The notes beneath the pieces are model-generated. The model was not told the DNA's origin. It saw nothing but the letters and a program-made list of their open reading frames with translations, and did not search any database. 35,920 nucleotides of DNA, taken from positions 1 to 35,920 of the forward strand of contig JAVXAN010000003.1 of assembly GCA_036660495.1 (NCBI GenBank), in the 5' to 3' direction. The DNA comes from Bacilli bacterium. Lineage in GTDB: Bacteria; Bacillota_I; Bacilli_A; RF39; UBA660. This document shows, in pieces, positions 8,781-19,941 of this stretch (position 1 is the first letter of the stretch; each line of letters begins with the position of its first letter). The position numbers and the translations under genes were made by a program.

Positions 8781-9125
8781 TTATTCAACTATTTCTAATA
8801 TAACAATTAAGGCATCGTCGCCTTTTCTTTCTGTTAATTTTAAAATTCTAGTATATCCACCATTTCTTGTTTCATAACGTTTTGCTAAGTCATTAAATAT
8901 TTTTGTTACTGCTTCATTATCGTTATGTAAAAAAGCAAGTGCACTACGTCTAGCAACTAGGCTACCTTTTTTACCATATGTAACCATCTTATCAAACATC
9001 TTACGCACTTCTTTTGCACGTGGTTCAGTTGTTTCAATACGTTCGTTTTTAATTAGGTCTTTTGTTAAATTCGCAAGCATTGCCCTACGATGCTTATTAT
9101 CACGTCCTAATTTTCTATAAGCCAT
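8781..9125 (-). CDS. rplQ: 50S ribosomal protein L17
   Basis: YRKLGR...[10 protein letters not shown]. Confidence 0.98.
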   Translation of the reverse strand: MAYRKLGRDNKHRRAMLANLTKDLIKNERIETTEPRAKEVRKMFDKMVTYGKKGSLVARRSALAFLHNDNEAVTKIFNDLAKRYETRNGGYTRILKLTERKGDDALIVILEIVE

Positions 9126-9145
9126 TGTTATTCCTCCTTACTTTT

Positions 9146-10096
9146 TTAGTCATCATTTCTAAATGAAAATCCCATTTCTTTTACTTTTTCAAGAACTTCT
9201 TTTAAAGATTTCTTACCTAAATTACGTATTTTCATCATTTCGTTTTCTGATTTACCAATTAAATCTTGTAATGAATTAATATTAGCTCTCTTTAAACAGT
9301 TATATGCTCTTACTGAGAATTCTAATTCATCAATTGACATTTCCAAGGCTTTACTTTTTGTATCATCTACGTTTTGTTTCATTAATCCAGAAACATCTGC
9401 AATTTCATCTAATTTAGTTAAAATATCAAAATGTTCTATTATGATTCTTGAAGCTAAAGCAATTGCTTCCTCTGGTTTCATTGCGCCTGATGTCCAAACT
9501 TCCATTACTAATTTATCATATGTAGCATCTTGACCAACACGAGCGTCTTCAACTTCATAATTAACTCTCTCAATTGGAGAAAAGTTTGAGTCCATAGCAA
9601 TAGTATTAATTTTTTGTTCTCCTAATAGCTTTTTATTTTGTTCTGCTCTAACATATCCACGACCATTACCAACTGTCATTTCAATGTTTAGCTTACCGCC
9701 TTTTACTAGCGTCGCTATTTCTTGATCTGGATTTACTATTTCAATATCTGCATCTTTTTGAATATCAGCTGCTGTTACAATACCCTCTTTATTAATATTT
9801 AATTTAATTGTTTTAATATCATTTGTATAATTCTTAATAACTACGTTTTTTAAATTTAATATAATTTGAGTAACGTCTTCAACAACGCCTTCAATTGTTT
9901 GAAATTCGTGTAAAACTCCTTCAATATTAACACTAGTTATAGCGTTACCTGGTAATGATGATAACATTACCCTTCTTAAAGCATTACCTAATGTTGTACC
10001 AAACCCTCTTTCAAGTGGTTCGATTTCAAATTTGCCATAGTTTCTGCCTTCAACATATTCAGAAACCTTGAATTGTGGTTTTTCAAATTTAATCAT
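9146..10096 (-). CDS. rpoA: RNA polymerase alpha subunit
   Basis: EPLERGFGTTLGNALRR, SVRAYNCLKRA, RNLGKKS. Confidence 0.99.
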   Translation of the reverse strand: MIKFEKPQFKVSEYVEGRNYGKFEIEPLERGFGTTLGNALRRVMLSSLPGNAITSVNIEGVLHEFQTIEGVVEDVTQIILNLKNVVIKNYTNDIKTIKLNINKEGIVTAADIQKDADIEIVNPDQEIATLVKGGKLNIEMTVGNGRGYVRAEQNKKLLGEQKINTIAMDSNFSPIERVNYEVEDARVGQDATYDKLVMEVWTSGAMKPEEAIALASRIIIEHFDILTKLDEIADVSGLMKQNVDDTKSKALEMSIDELEFSVRAYNCLKRANINSLQDLIGKSENEMMKIRNLGKKSLKEVLEKVKEMGFSFRNDD

Positions 10097-10119
10097 TGAA
10101 ATTCACTCCCTTTTCTAAA

Positions 10120-10503
10120 TTATCCGCGTGGACGTTTTGGTGGACGACAACCATTATGTGGAACTGGTGTTACATCTGTTATGGCAGTTATTTCTAATCC
10201 TGCTGTTTGTAATGAGCGAATCGCCGTTTCACGACCTGATCCTAATCCTCTAACGAAAACTTCAACTCTTCTCATTCCAGAATCAAATGCTGCTTTTCCT
10301 GCTGCTTCTGCTGACATTCCTGCTGCAAATGGAGTTTTCTTTTTGCTTCCCTTAAATCCTGAAGTTCCTGCAGATGCCCAACTAACTGCACCACCGTCCT
10401 TATCTGTAATAGTTACGATAGTGTTGTTAAAAGTTGAATGAATGTGTGCTTGTCCTTCAGGTATGTTCTTTTTAATCTTACGTTTTCTTGCTTTGTAAGC
10501 CAT
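10120..10503 (-). CDS. rpsK: 30S ribosomal protein S11
   Basis: [23 protein letters not shown]. Confidence 0.99.
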   Translation of the reverse strand: MAYKARKRKIKKNIPEGQAHIHSTFNNTIVTITDKDGGAVSWASAGTSGFKGSKKKTPFAAGMSAEAAGKAAFDSGMRRVEVFVRGLGSGRETAIRSLQTAGLEITAITDVTPVPHNGCRPPKRPRG

Positions 10504-10524
10504 TTAAATTACCCTCCTTTTTTC

Positions 10525-10890
10525 CTACTTTTTCTTATTCGCTACAGTTTTACCTTTACCCTTACGAGTTCTAGCATTACTTCTAGTGGATTGACCTCTA
10601 ACTGGTAATCCTTTACGGTGACGAATACCTTGGTAAGAACCTATTTCCATCTTTGTTTTAATACCCATTGAAACTTCTCTTCTTAAGTCTCCTTCAAGTA
10701 AATAATTATCTAATTCCTTACGAATTTTAGAAATTTCTTCTTCAGTTAAGTCTTTTGCTTTAGTGTCTAAATTAATTTCTAATTTAGTTAAAATTTCTCT
10801 TGATAGTTTTCTACCAATTCCATGAATATAAGTTAATGCAACCTCTATCCTTTTGTCATTTGGTAAATCGATGTTTTTTATACGTGCCAT
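10525..10890 (-). CDS. rpsM: 30S ribosomal protein S13
   Basis: [27 protein letters not shown]. Confidence 0.99.
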   Translation of the reverse strand: MARIKNIDLPNDKRIEVALTYIHGIGRKLSREILTKLEINLDTKAKDLTEEEISKIRKELDNYLLEGDLRREVSMGIKTKMEIGSYQGIRHRKGLPVRGQSTRSNARTRKGKGKTVANKKK

Positions 10891-10908
10891 CTAACAATGC
10901 ACCTCCTA

Positions 10909-11022
10909 TTATCCTTGTCTTTGCTTATGCTTTGGGTTTTCACAAATAACCATTACTTTCCCGTTACGTTTAATTATTTTGCACTTATCGCAAATCTTCT
11001 TTACTGATGGTCTAACTTTCAT
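10909..11022 (-). CDS. rpmJ: 50S ribosomal protein L36 (Zn-binding form), not in the ORF track
   Basis: Translated by hand as [37 protein letters not shown], with an AGGAGG RBS. Confidence 0.97.
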   Translation of the reverse strand: MKVRPSVKKICDKCKIIKRNGKVMVICENPKHKQRQG

Positions 11023-11036
11023 CTTATTTCCTCCTA

Positions 11037-11252
11037 TTATTTTCTATAGGTTATACGCCCACGTGTTAAATCATATGGTGATATTTCTATAACAACTGTA
11101 TCACCTGGTAAGATACGAATCTTATTCATTCGCATTTTACCAGAAACGCGAGCATATACAGTATGTCCGTTGGTAAGTTCAACTTTAAAGTCGCCGCCTT
11201 TTACTTCATCTACAACTTTTCCGTCTACTTCTATCACATCTTCTTTAGCCAT
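11037..11252 (-). CDS. infA: translation initiation factor IF-1
   Basis: [33 protein letters not shown]. Confidence 0.98.
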   Translation of the reverse strand: MAKEDVIEVDGKVVDEVKGGDFKVELTNGHTVYARVSGKMRMNKIRILPGDTVVIEISPYDLTRGRITYRK

Positions 11253-11256
11253 TTAA

Positions 11257-12003
11257 TCACTCTCCCGTCAATATCTGATAACCATCATTAGTAACTAAAA
11301 CCGTATGCTCGAAATGAGCTGAAGGCTTGTTATCTAAAGTTGTTATTGTCCAACCATTATCTTCTATTACTATTTCTTCAGTTCCTAAATTTAACATTGG
11401 TTCAATTGCAATAACCATTCCAGCTCTTAATACTGGTCCAGTATCTTTTGAACCATAATTTGGAACATCAGGATCTTCATGAAGGTGATTTCCAACCCCA
11501 TGACCAACTAGTTCTTTAACAACACCCAAATTATGTGCTGTTGCATAAATTTCTACTGCATTACCAATATCACCTATTCGGTTACCTGGCTTTACCATAT
11601 TTATACCCTCAAACAAAGCTTTTTTTGTATGCTCAAGTAAAAACTCTTTTTCATCATTAACTTCGCCTACTGGGTATGTCCACGCAGAGTCTCCGTGATA
11701 TCCTTTATACTCTGCACCAATATCTATTGATATTATATCACCTTTTTTTAATTTTCGTTCTGTTGGAAATCCATGAACAACTTCATCATTAATTGAAATG
11801 CAAGTTGCATAAGGAAATCCATCATATCCTTTAAAGGATGGTTTTGCGCCTTTGCTTAAAATAAATTTTTCTGCCTCAGCATCAATTGATAGTGAACTCA
11901 CCCCTGGTTTTATCATGCTTTTAACATGTTGATGAGTTTGATAAACAATTTTACCAGCTTCAACCATTAAACTTATTTCTCGTTCTGATTTAATGCTAAT
12001 CAT
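11257..12003 (-). CDS. map: type I methionyl aminopeptidase
   Basis: SINDEVVHG, GHGVG, IEPM, SAHFEHT. The start is set at ATG 12003 (MISIKS). Confidence 0.97.
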   Translation of the reverse strand: MISIKSEREISLMVEAGKIVYQTHQHVKSMIKPGVSSLSIDAEAEKFILSKGAKPSFKGYDGFPYATCISINDEVVHGFPTERKLKKGDIISIDIGAEYKGYHGDSAWTYPVGEVNDEKEFLLEHTKKALFEGINMVKPGNRIGDIGNAVEIYATAHNLGVVKELVGHGVGNHLHEDPDVPNYGSKDTGPVLRAGMVIAIEPMLNLGTEEIVIEDNGWTITTLDNKPSAHFEHTVLVTNDGYQILTGE

Positions 12004-12658
12004 AGTTATCACCATTAATAGCGTTCTCTAGCTTTTCAAAAACAATTTCAATGTTTTCGGAGGCTTTTATGGTCTTAAGAACTCCACTTTCCTTATAATA
12101 ATCATATAAAGGCATGGTTTTCTCTAAAAACCCATTAAAACGTTTATAAAAGGTTTCTTCATTATCATCAATTCTTGATGTTAACTCTAAAGCACAATCA
12201 TCACAAATACCCTCTTTTTTTGGTTTCGTTTGTAAATATTTATTATATATCCTGTTACACTTAGGACAAGTCATTCTTCCAGTTACCCTTTTTAATAACT
12301 CTTTCTTATCAACGTCAAGATATATAACAACACCAATATCTCTTCCAATATTACTTAATAACTCGTCATATTTTAGAGCTTGAGTTACCGTTCTTGGAAA
12401 ACCATCTAAAATATATCCTGTATCATAGCCGGGCTTGTTTATCTTATTCAAAATTAAATCAATAATTATGTCATCCGAAACAAACTTTCCCACTTTCATT
12501 AAATTTTCAGCTGCTTTTCCTATTTCTGTATTATTTTGAATTTGTTCTCTTAACAAATCGCCTGTTGATATATGCTTATAATCATACTTCTTCATTAATA
12601 ATTCAGATAAAGTACCCTTGCCTGCGGCAGGTGGTGCTAAAAATATTATGTTTTTCAT
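11996..12658 (-). CDS. adk: adenylate kinase with Zn-lid
   Basis: PPAAGKGT, HISTGDLLR, LDGFPR, CPKC...CDDC lid. Confidence 0.97.
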   Translation of the reverse strand: MKNIIFLAPPAAGKGTLSELLMKKYDYKHISTGDLLREQIQNNTEIGKAAENLMKVGKFVSDDIIIDLILNKINKPGYDTGYILDGFPRTVTQALKYDELLSNIGRDIGVVIYLDVDKKELLKRVTGRMTCPKCNRIYNKYLQTKPKKEGICDDCALELTSRIDDNEETFYKRFNGFLEKTMPLYDYYKESGVLKTIKASENIEIVFEKLENAINGDNYD

Positions 12659-13923
12659 TACCTACGATATCCCTTTCCATACTGTTTAGCAGATAAACTA
12701 CTTTCAATTTGATTATATGTTTCAAGAGCAACTCCAACAACTATTAATAACCCCGTACCACCAATTGTTACACTGGTAGGTAAACTACTTAAATTAGATA
12801 CTAATATTGGTAATCCCGCTATTACTACAAGAAATAGTGATCCAAGTAAAGTAATTCTAGATAAGACAGTATTAACGTACGTTTTAGTTTCTTTACCTGG
12901 TCTAATTCCAGGAATATAACCACCTTGTTTATTTAGGTTTTCCGTTAATTCTTTAGGATTTAATTGCATAAATGTTTGAACATATGCAAATAAAACGATT
13001 AATAATATATAAAGTATAAATCCCGTTGGAGAATTATAAGTAATATATTTATTAATAAATAACGAAAATGAATCGTTTTTAATAAAACTTGCTATGAATG
13101 TTGGTATTGATACTAAACTTGATGCAAATATTACTGGTATAACTCCAGCTGAATTTAATCTAAATGGAATATACGTTTGCTTTGCACCATATGCTGTTGA
13201 AGTCCTATTTGAATACTGAATTGGGATTCTTCTTTCAGATTTTTCTATAAATACTACTCCAATAATTATTGAAATATAAAGTATTAAGAACAATATAAAC
13301 TTTGCTATTCCAAGGGCAATTACTTGCACCGTTCCAGTTACTACAAAAGATCCAAAAGCATCAACTAACATATTAGGAATCGTAACTAAAATACCAGCCA
13401 TAATTATTAACGATATTCCGTTTCCTACTCCCTTTTGAGTAATTTGGTCTCCTAACCATAGTAAGAATGCTGTCCCTGCTGTTAAAATAAGTGCTACGCC
13501 TAAGTACTGAGTTATACCTGCTTTTGATCCTAAAAACGCAAAAGCAAATGAGAACCCTTGTAAAAACGCAAAAGCAATTCCACAATACCTAGTTATTTTA
13601 TTTAACTTAATTCGTCCAGTATGTCCTTCTTTTGCAAGGTTAGAAAAATATGGAATAATATCCATTTGTAATATCTGGATAATAAGTGACGCACTTATAT
13701 ATGGTGTGACTCCAAGGGCAAATATTGAAAACTGCTTTAGAGCTCCTCCACCCATTACGTTTAACAGCTCCAAAAATCCTAAGTCTTTTGTTATGCTTTC
13801 TGTTCCTGGAACGCTAATTGATGTTCCAAGCTTAAATACAAATAATATTAATAAAGTAAACAAAATTCTATGTCTTAAATCTTTATTCTTATCAGAAAAG
13901 ATTTCCTTAAGATTTTTAAACAT
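12658..13923 (-). CDS. secY: preprotein translocase SecY
   Basis: SIFALGVTPYISAS, GNGISLII, AGVIPVIFA, IPGIRPG, GGTGLLIVVGV. Confidence 0.99.
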   Translation of the reverse strand: MFKNLKEIFSDKNKDLRHRILFTLLILFVFKLGTSISVPGTESITKDLGFLELLNVMGGGALKQFSIFALGVTPYISASLIIQILQMDIIPYFSNLAKEGHTGRIKLNKITRYCGIAFAFLQGFSFAFAFLGSKAGITQYLGVALILTAGTAFLLWLGDQITQKGVGNGISLIIMAGILVTIPNMLVDAFGSFVVTGTVQVIALGIAKFILFLILYISIIIGVVFIEKSERRIPIQYSNRTSTAYGAKQTYIPFRLNSAGVIPVIFASSLVSIPTFIASFIKNDSFSLFINKYITYNSPTGFILYILLIVLFAYVQTFMQLNPKELTENLNKQGGYIPGIRPGKETKTYVNTVLSRITLLGSLFLVVIAGLPILVSNLSSLPTSVTIGGTGLLIVVGVALETYNQIESSLSAKQYGKGYRR

Positions 13924-13924
13924 C

Positions 13925-14368
13925 TTACATCACCTCGGCTTTTCCACCAGCTGCTTCTATTTTTTGCTTTGCAATATCAGAAAATTTATGAGCTCTAACA
14001 GTTATTTTCTTTTCAATTTCACCATTACCCAAAACCTTTATTCCTGATAATTGATTTTTAGCAAATCCCATTTCTTTTAATAATTCTGGAGTTACTATTG
14101 AACCTTCTTCAAACATATTTAAATCAGATACATTAATAACTGCATACTCTTTTTTGAACATTGCGTTAGAAAATCCACGTTTTGGAAGACGACGGTATAA
14201 AGGTAATTGTCCACCTTCAAATCCAGGTCTAACTCCACCACCACTCCTAGCGTTTTGTCCTTTATGTCCTTTACCACTTGTTTTTCCAGTACCGCTACTA
14301 GAACCACGACCTAATCTTTTAATATCTTTTTTAGAACCATCATTATACTTTAATTCATGTAACTTCAT
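13925..14368 (-). CDS. rplO: 50S ribosomal protein L15
   Basis: [22 protein letters not shown]. Confidence 0.99.
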   Translation of the reverse strand: MKLHELKYNDGSKKDIKRLGRGSSSGTGKTSGKGHKGQNARSGGGVRPGFEGGQLPLYRRLPKRGFSNAMFKKEYAVINVSDLNMFEEGSIVTPELLKEMGFAKNQLSGIKVLGNGEIEKKITVRAHKFSDIAKQKIEAAGGKAEVM

Positions 14369-14877
14369 TATCCTAAAATCTCCTCTACAGATTTGCCTCT
14401 TAATTCAGCAATATGTTCAGCAGTTCTTTGTGACTTTAAAGCCTCAATTGTAGCTCTTGCGGTATTTAATTTTGTGTTTGATCCAAGTGATTTTGAAATA
14501 ATATCTTTTACTCCAGCCAATTCAAGAACTGAACGAACTGATCCACCAGCAATAATACCAGTACCTTCTCTAGCTGGCTTAATTAAAACTTTTGCAGCTC
14601 CACTTGATCCAATTACTTCATGAGAAACCGTTCTATCCTCAACTAATATTAACTTTATAATATTATTAGTTGCATCTTGAATAGCTTTTTTGATAGCATC
14701 TTGCACTTCGTTTGCTTTTCCAGTTCCAACACCAACTTTTCCTTTATGATCCCCAACGGCTACTGTTGCCGCGAAACGTAAAGTACGTCCACCTTTTGTA
14801 ACTTTTGTAACACGATTAACAGAAATAACTGTTTCATCATATTCTTTTTTACGTGGCTCGCTATATTTTCTTTCCAT
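14368..14877 (-). CDS. rpsE: 30S ribosomal protein S5
   Basis: [23 protein letters not shown]. Confidence 0.99.
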   Translation of the reverse strand: MERKYSEPRKKEYDETVISVNRVTKVTKGGRTLRFAATVAVGDHKGKVGVGTGKANEVQDAIKKAIQDATNNIIKLILVEDRTVSHEVIGSSGAAKVLIKPAREGTGIIAGGSVRSVLELAGVKDIISKSLGSNTKLNTARATIEALKSQRTAEHIAELRGKSVEEILG

Positions 14878-14890
14878 GCGTTACCCTCCT

Positions 14891-15253
14891 TTAGAATTCT
14901 AAGCCATTTTCACGAGCAGCATCTGCTAATGCTTGTACGCGTCCATGGTATAAGTATCCTCCTCTGTCGAATACTACCTTGTTTATTTTTGCTTTTTTAG
15001 CTTTTTTTGCAATTGAAGCTCCTACAAGCTTACCTGCTTCTGTATTACCACCATTTTTTATATTTAAATCTTTATCTAATGAAGATGCACTAACTAGTGT
15101 TACTCCCTTAGAATCATCAATTATTTGAACACTAATGTTTTTTAATGATCTAAATATACATAACCTTGGTAACTCGCTAGTTCCACTTAGTTTTTGTCTA
15201 AGGCGTACGTGTCTAGCTACACGAGCTTCATTACGTGATGTTTTATTTATCAT
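14891..15253 (-). CDS. rplR: 50S ribosomal protein L18
   Basis: [14 protein letters not shown]. Confidence 0.99.
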   Translation of the reverse strand: MINKTSRNEARVARHVRLRQKLSGTSELPRLCIFRSLKNISVQIIDDSKGVTLVSASSLDKDLNIKNGGNTEAGKLVGASIAKKAKKAKINKVVFDRGGYLYHGRVQALADAARENGLEF

Positions 15254-15274
15254 AGTAAGACTCTCCCTTTCATA

Positions 15275-15814
15275 TTATTTAGAAGCCTTTTTTCCTTCTT
15301 TACGACGGATAACTTCACCTTTATAACGAATACCTTTACCCTTATATGGTTCTGGTTTTCTTATTTTACGAACTGTAGCAGCAAACTCTCCTACTAATTC
15401 TTTGTCAATTCCTTTTATTGTGATTTCCGTATTACTTACAGATTCTACAGTTAATCCAGATGGAATTACTAATTCAACTGGGTGTGAAAATCCAGCGTTA
15501 ATACCTACAGCGTTTCCCTTTAAATTGAAACGGTAGCCAACACCAACAATTTCCAATCCTTTTTGATATCCTTCAGATACTCCAATAATCATGTTTTCAA
15601 TTATTGAATTTGTTGTACCATGCATTTGTTTAACTTTCTTTATTTCACTATTTCTAGCAACTGTTATCTCATTACCATTAATTTTAACTTCCAAGTTTTT
15701 ATCGATATTAAATGATAATTCTCCTTTAGGTCCTTTAACAGTAATTTGTCCATTTTCTAATGCTACATTAACGTTTTCTGGTATAGTTAACGTTCTATTT
15801 CCAATACGACTCAT
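15275..15814 (-). CDS. rplF: 50S ribosomal protein L6
   Basis: MSRIG, KGPKG, PEPYKGKGIRY. Confidence 0.99.
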   Translation of the reverse strand: MSRIGNRTLTIPENVNVALENGQITVKGPKGELSFNIDKNLEVKINGNEITVARNSEIKKVKQMHGTTNSIIENMIIGVSEGYQKGLEIVGVGYRFNLKGNAVGINAGFSHPVELVIPSGLTVESVSNTEITIKGIDKELVGEFAATVRKIRKPEPYKGKGIRYKGEVIRRKEGKKASK

Positions 15815-15835
15815 ATTTCGGCACCTCCTCTTAAA

Positions 15836-16231
15836 TTACCATATATATGCTAGAACTTCTCCACCTAGGTTTTCACAACGAGCTTTTTTACCTGTCATAA
15901 TTCCTTTTGATGTTGAAACAATTGATATTCCTAAACCGTTTAATACCGTAGGAACTTCCTCTGCCTTAGCATATACACGTAAACCTGGTTTTGAAATTCT
16001 TTTCAATCCAGATATTACTCTTTCCTTATTTTGACCATATTTTAAAGTCATAATAATATTATCTTGTACTTCTTGTTTTTCAATTTTATAATTTGTAATA
16101 TATCCTTCTTCTTTTAAAATCTTAGCGATTTCTAACTTAACTGTCGAAGACGGTACACTTACTTCTGTGTATCGCATTTGATTTGCATTACGTATTCTCG
16201 TAAGTAAATCTGCGATTGGATCTGTTACCAT
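15836..16231 (-). CDS. rpsH: 30S ribosomal protein S8
   Basis: [26 protein letters not shown]. Confidence 0.99.
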   Translation of the reverse strand: MVTDPIADLLTRIRNANQMRYTEVSVPSSTVKLEIAKILKEEGYITNYKIEKQEVQDNIIMTLKYGQNKERVISGLKRISKPGLRVYAKAEEVPTVLNGLGISIVSTSKGIMTGKKARCENLGGEVLAYIW

Positions 16232-16258
16232 ATAAATCCTCCCTTCGTATCTATTATC

Positions 16259-16444
16259 TTACCAGCTTGACTTTTGAACGCCAGGAATTTCTCCCTTGTA
16301 TGCTAATTCTCTAAAGCAAATACGGCAGATACCAAACTTACTCATTACAGCATGTGGACGACCACATCTATTGCAACGAGTATACTCTTGTACTTTAAAT
16401 TTTTTAGGTCTATTGTTTTTAACAATCATACTTTTTTTTGCCAT
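16259..16444 (-). CDS. rpsN: 30S ribosomal protein S14 type Z
   Basis: 61 aa with CNRCGR and CRIC zinc motifs. Confidence 0.98.
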   Translation of the reverse strand: MAKKSMIVKNNRPKKFKVQEYTRCNRCGRPHAVMSKFGICRICFRELAYKGEIPGVQKSSW

Positions 16445-16462
16445 TAAATTCCTCCATTTAAC

Positions 16463-17002
16463 TTACTTTTTAAAAGGTAAACCAAATCCTTTCAATAAGT
16501 CTAATGCTTCTTCGTTAGTTTTTGCTGTTGTTACAAAAACTATGTCCATTCCACGTAGTTTTACAACTTCATCATAAACGATTTCCGGAAATATAATTTG
16601 TTCTTTTATTCCTAGTGTATAATTCCCTCTTCCGTCAAATGCTTTTGGTGAAACACCTCTAAAGTCACGTACACGTGGTAACGTAATTTTAATAAGCTTT
16701 TCTAGGAAAGTATACATCTGTTCACCACGAAGTGTAACCTTGCATCCAATTGCTTGACCTTCTCTTAATTTAAATCCTGCAATAGATTTTTTAGCTTTTG
16801 TAATAACTGGTTTAGCACCTGTTATTTTTTCTAATTCAGTTACTGCTATATCAAGTAACTTGCTGTTAGTAGTTGCATCCCCAACTCCTATATTAACTAC
16901 GATTTTTTCAACCTTAGGTACAGCCATGACAGTAGTATAATTATACTTTTTTGTTAATGCAGGAACTATTTCCTTAGTATACTGTTCTTTTAAACTGTTC
17001 AT
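16463..17002 (-). CDS. rplE: 50S ribosomal protein L5
   Basis: [22 protein letters not shown]. Confidence 0.99.
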   Translation of the reverse strand: MNSLKEQYTKEIVPALTKKYNYTTVMAVPKVEKIVVNIGVGDATTNSKLLDIAVTELEKITGAKPVITKAKKSIAGFKLREGQAIGCKVTLRGEQMYTFLEKLIKITLPRVRDFRGVSPKAFDGRGNYTLGIKEQIIFPEIVYDEVVKLRGMDIVFVTTAKTNEEALDLLKGFGLPFKK

Positions 17003-17020
17003 AGATACCCTCCTTTCTGA

Positions 17021-17326
17021 TTAGTCTATCTTAGTTTTTGACTTGCTAGAAATTCTAACTTTTTTTCCATCTTTATCAATTTCATGTGCTATTCTAGTAC
17101 GAGTTTTAGTCTTAGGGTCGATTGCCATAACGTTTGACATATGAATAAGAGCCTCTTTTTCAATAATGCCACCTACTTGATCTTGTCCTGAAGGTTTAAC
17201 GTGTTTTTTAACAATGTTAATTCCTTCAACTAATACTCTATCGCCTTTTTTACCAATGATTTTTCCTTCTTTACCACGATCTTTACCAGCAATAACAATT
17301 ACTTTATCTCCAATTTTTAAATTCAT
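17021..17326 (-). CDS. rplX: 50S ribosomal protein L24
   Basis: [26 protein letters not shown]. Confidence 0.98.
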   Translation of the reverse strand: MNLKIGDKVIVIAGKDRGKEGKIIGKKGDRVLVEGINIVKKHVKPSGQDQVGGIIEKEALIHMSNVMAIDPKTKTRTRIAHEIDKDGKKVRISSKSKTKID

Positions 17327-17348
17327 GATTTTCCTTTCTTTAAAAGGT

Positions 17349-17717
17349 CTATAGCACTTCTTTTGCTAACGATACAATTTTCATGAAATCTCTATCACGT
17401 AATTCTCGTGCTACTGGACCTAAAACTCGTGTACCAACTGGCGTCTTATCATCTTTAATAATAATGCAAGCATTATCATCAAACTTAATATAAGAACCAT
17501 CATCTCTACGCATTCCAAACTTACTTCTAACGATAACCGCTTTTACAACTTTACCGCTTTTAATATTACCATTTGGAGTTGCTTTTTTTACTGTTCCAAC
17601 TACGATATCGCCAATGTTTCCAGTCTTAACTTTACTTCCACCAAGTACTCTTATAACCATTAGCTCACGAGCACCAGAGTTATCAGCAACTTTTAAAAGA
17701 CTTTGTTGTTGAATCAT
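17349..17717 (-). CDS. rplN: 50S ribosomal protein L14
   Basis: [24 protein letters not shown]. Confidence 0.99.
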   Translation of the reverse strand: MIQQQSLLKVADNSGARELMVIRVLGGSKVKTGNIGDIVVGTVKKATPNGNIKSGKVVKAVIVRSKFGMRRDDGSYIKFDDNACIIIKDDKTPVGTRVLGPVARELRDRDFMKIVSLAKEVL

Positions 17718-17745
17718 AATAAATCCTCCTTCTTCCTTAAAGCGC

Positions 17746-18006
17746 CTATAAAATTACGGCTTCTTTAACTATTTCTACTAAGCTAAATCTCTTTGTTTTT
17801 GAAATTGGTTTTGTTTCAACAACTTTTACAACATCTCCAACCTTAGCTTGGTTATTTTCATCATGTGCTGTATATTTTTTAGAATACTTAACACGTTTTT
17901 TATACTTTGGATCTGTTTTATAAGTTTCTACAGCAAATATAATTGTTTTATCGCCCTTATCACTTACAACTTTACCTATTAACTCACGTTTATTATTTTC
18001 TTTCAC
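17746..18006 (-). CDS. rpsQ: 30S ribosomal protein S17
   Basis: [22 protein letters not shown]. The start is reassigned to GTG 18006 behind an AGGAGG RBS. Confidence 0.96.
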   Translation of the reverse strand: MKENNKRELIGKVVSDKGDKTIIFAVETYKTDPKYKKRVKYSKKYTAHDENNQAKVGDVVKVVETKPISKTKRFSLVEIVKEAVIL

Positions 18007-18208
18007 AAGCAACCTCCTTACCGTTTTTACGTTCAACAAGAATTGTTTTCATCCTTGCTACGCTCTTACGTAATTCATTAATTCTTGAAGGTTTTTCCAA
18101 GTTACCGGTAGCTTGACCCATACGTAAATTAAAAATTTCTTCTTTGAATTCTTCGATTTTTGTCTCGATTTGTTCAGTGGTTAATTCTCTGATTTCTTTA
18201 ACCTTCAT
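17993..18208 (-). CDS. rpmC: 50S ribosomal protein L29
   Basis: [25 protein letters not shown]. Start set at ATG 18208. Confidence 0.96.
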   Translation of the reverse strand: MKVKEIRELTTEQIETKIEEFKEEIFNLRMGQATGNLEKPSRINELRKSVARMKTILVERKNGKEVACERK

Positions 18209-18629
18209 TTTCTTCACCACCATTTTCTTTCATTACAAATTTACATTTTATTGGTAATTTATGCATTGCAAGTCTTAAAGCTTCACGAGCTACCTCTTCA
18301 GGTACACCTGCTATTTCAAACATAATTTTTCCTTCTTTTACAACAGCAACCCATGCTTCTGGATTACCTTTACCTTTACCTTGACGAGTTTCTAAAGGTT
18401 TTTTAGTTAGTGATAAGTGTGGGAATATATTTACCCATACCTTACCACCACGTTTCATATAACGAGTCATTGCAACACGAGCTGCTTCAATTTGCCTTGC
18501 ACTAATCCAAGCGCCTTCCTTTGCTACAAGACCATAATCACCAAAATGTAATTCAGTGTTTCCCCTTGCTTTTCCGTCATAATAAAGTCTGTGAGGTTTA
18601 CGATATTTAGTTCTTTTTGGTATCAACAT
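18198..18629 (-). CDS. rplP: 50S ribosomal protein L16
   Basis: [24 protein letters not shown]. Confidence 0.99.
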   Translation of the reverse strand: MLIPKRTKYRKPHRLYYDGKARGNTELHFGDYGLVAKEGAWISARQIEAARVAMTRYMKRGGKVWVNIFPHLSLTKKPLETRQGKGKGNPEAWVAVVKEGKIMFEIAGVPEEVAREALRLAMHKLPIKCKFVMKENGGEENEG

Positions 18630-19281
18630 CTTTATTACCCCCCTTGTTTTTTGAAGGAAGTATTTCGCCCTTATAAACCCATACTTTTACGCCGATTTTA
18701 CCATACGTCGTATTAGCTTCTGCCGTTGCATAGTCAATGTCAGCTCTTAAAGTATGTAAAGGGGTATTACCTTCGTTATATCCTTCACTACGAGCAATTT
18801 CAGCGCCATTTAAACGTCCAGATACTAAGGTTTTAATTCCTTTAGCGCCAGAACGCATCGTGTTTCTAATTGCTCTTTTTTGTGCCATACGATATGAACC
18901 TCTGTTTTCAATTTGTAATGCTATGTTATTAGCTACTAATTGTGCGTTCATATCTGGATTTCTGATTTCAATTATTGAAACTTGAATATCTTCACCAACT
19001 AATTTGTTGATTTCTTTTTTTAACTTTTCGATTTCTTCTCCGCCATGTCCTATAACAACACCCGGCTTTGCAGTACTAATCTTAATTTCAGTCTTCTTAT
19101 TATTTCTCTCAATAATTACTGATGCAACTGCTGCATTCTTTAATTTTTCAGATAAATATTTACGAATCTTTATATCATTTTCTAATAATGCAGAGAAATC
19201 TTTACTTGGTGCATACCATTTAGCAGTCCAATCCTTGTTTATCCCAAGTCTTAGTCCTGCAGGATTAACTTTCTGTCCCAT
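18607..19281 (-). CDS. rpsC: 30S ribosomal protein S3
   Basis: [23 protein letters not shown]. Confidence 0.99.
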   Translation of the reverse strand: MGQKVNPAGLRLGINKDWTAKWYAPSKDFSALLENDIKIRKYLSEKLKNAAVASVIIERNNKKTEIKISTAKPGVVIGHGGEEIEKLKKEINKLVGEDIQVSIIEIRNPDMNAQLVANNIALQIENRGSYRMAQKRAIRNTMRSGAKGIKTLVSGRLNGAEIARSEGYNEGNTPLHTLRADIDYATAEANTTYGKIGVKVWVYKGEILPSKNKGGNKDVDTKKN

Positions 19282-19298
19282 AGTTTTTCCTCCTTCAA

Positions 19299-19631
19299 TT
19301 ATCTTTCTGCTACGATCACAGTAATATGACTTGTACGATGATCATTCTTAGCAATTCTACCTCTTGAATCAGGTACTGATCTTTTTAATACAGGACCATC
19401 ATTAACATAAGCTTCTTTAATATATAGCTTAGTTTTATCAAGGCTATGATTATTTTCAGCATTTGCTACTGCTGATATTAAAACTTTTTTGATAACACGA
19501 GCTGCTTTATTATTTAAATTATTTATAATATTTAAAGCATCCCCAACGCTTTTTCCGTTTATTAACCTCATAACTAAACGAGATTTTAAAGCGGAAATAC
19601 GAACTGTTTTTGCAATTGCTTTCGCTTCCAT
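19299..19631 (-). CDS. rplV: 50S ribosomal protein L22
   Basis: [22 protein letters not shown], and operon position. Confidence 0.97.
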   Translation of the reverse strand: MEAKAIAKTVRISALKSRLVMRLINGKSVGDALNIINNLNNKAARVIKKVLISAVANAENNHSLDKTKLYIKEAYVNDGPVLKRSVPDSRGRIAKNDHRTSHITVIVAER

Positions 19632-19652
19632 ATTAGTTCTCCCTTCTAGTTA

Positions 19653-19925
19653 CTACTTTTTCTTCTTGCTATCGCCGTGACCACCAAATTTACGAGTAAT
19701 GGAAAATTCTCCAAGCTTATGACCAACCATATCCTCAGTTACATAAACAGGAATAAATTCTTTTCCATTGTGAACTGCAAAAGTGTGACCTATAAAATCA
19801 GGAAAAATTGTTGAACGGCGTGACCAAGTTTTAATTACTTCTTTTTTTTCTATTTCATTTAACTTTTGAACCTTATTCAATAATCTTTCAAATACGTAAG
19901 GTCCTTTTTTTATACTTCTTGCCAT
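19653..19925 (-). CDS. rpsS: 30S ribosomal protein S19
   Basis: [18 protein letters not shown]. Confidence 0.99.
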   Translation of the reverse strand: MARSIKKGPYVFERLLNKVQKLNEIEKKEVIKTWSRRSTIFPDFIGHTFAVHNGKEFIPVYVTEDMVGHKLGEFSITRKFGGHGDSKKKK

Positions 19926-19941
19926 TTAATATCATCCTTTC

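Noticed and set aside
10097-10119. No rpsD between rpsK and rpoA
   Set aside because: This is normal for Bacilli, where rpsD lies elsewhere.
11257-11259. Possible genetic code 4 (TGA = Trp), given the Mollicute-like features
   Set aside because: map ends at TGA in the expected position just before infA, and conserved genes translate to full length under code 11.
12625-12645. adk P-loop begins APPAAGKGT rather than GxPGAGKGT
   Set aside because: The essential GKGT and all other motifs are intact, so this is likely benign lineage variation.
13373-14307. Alternative-frame minus-strand ORFs inside secY and rplO
   Set aside because: They are fully nested in conserved genes and lack independent support.
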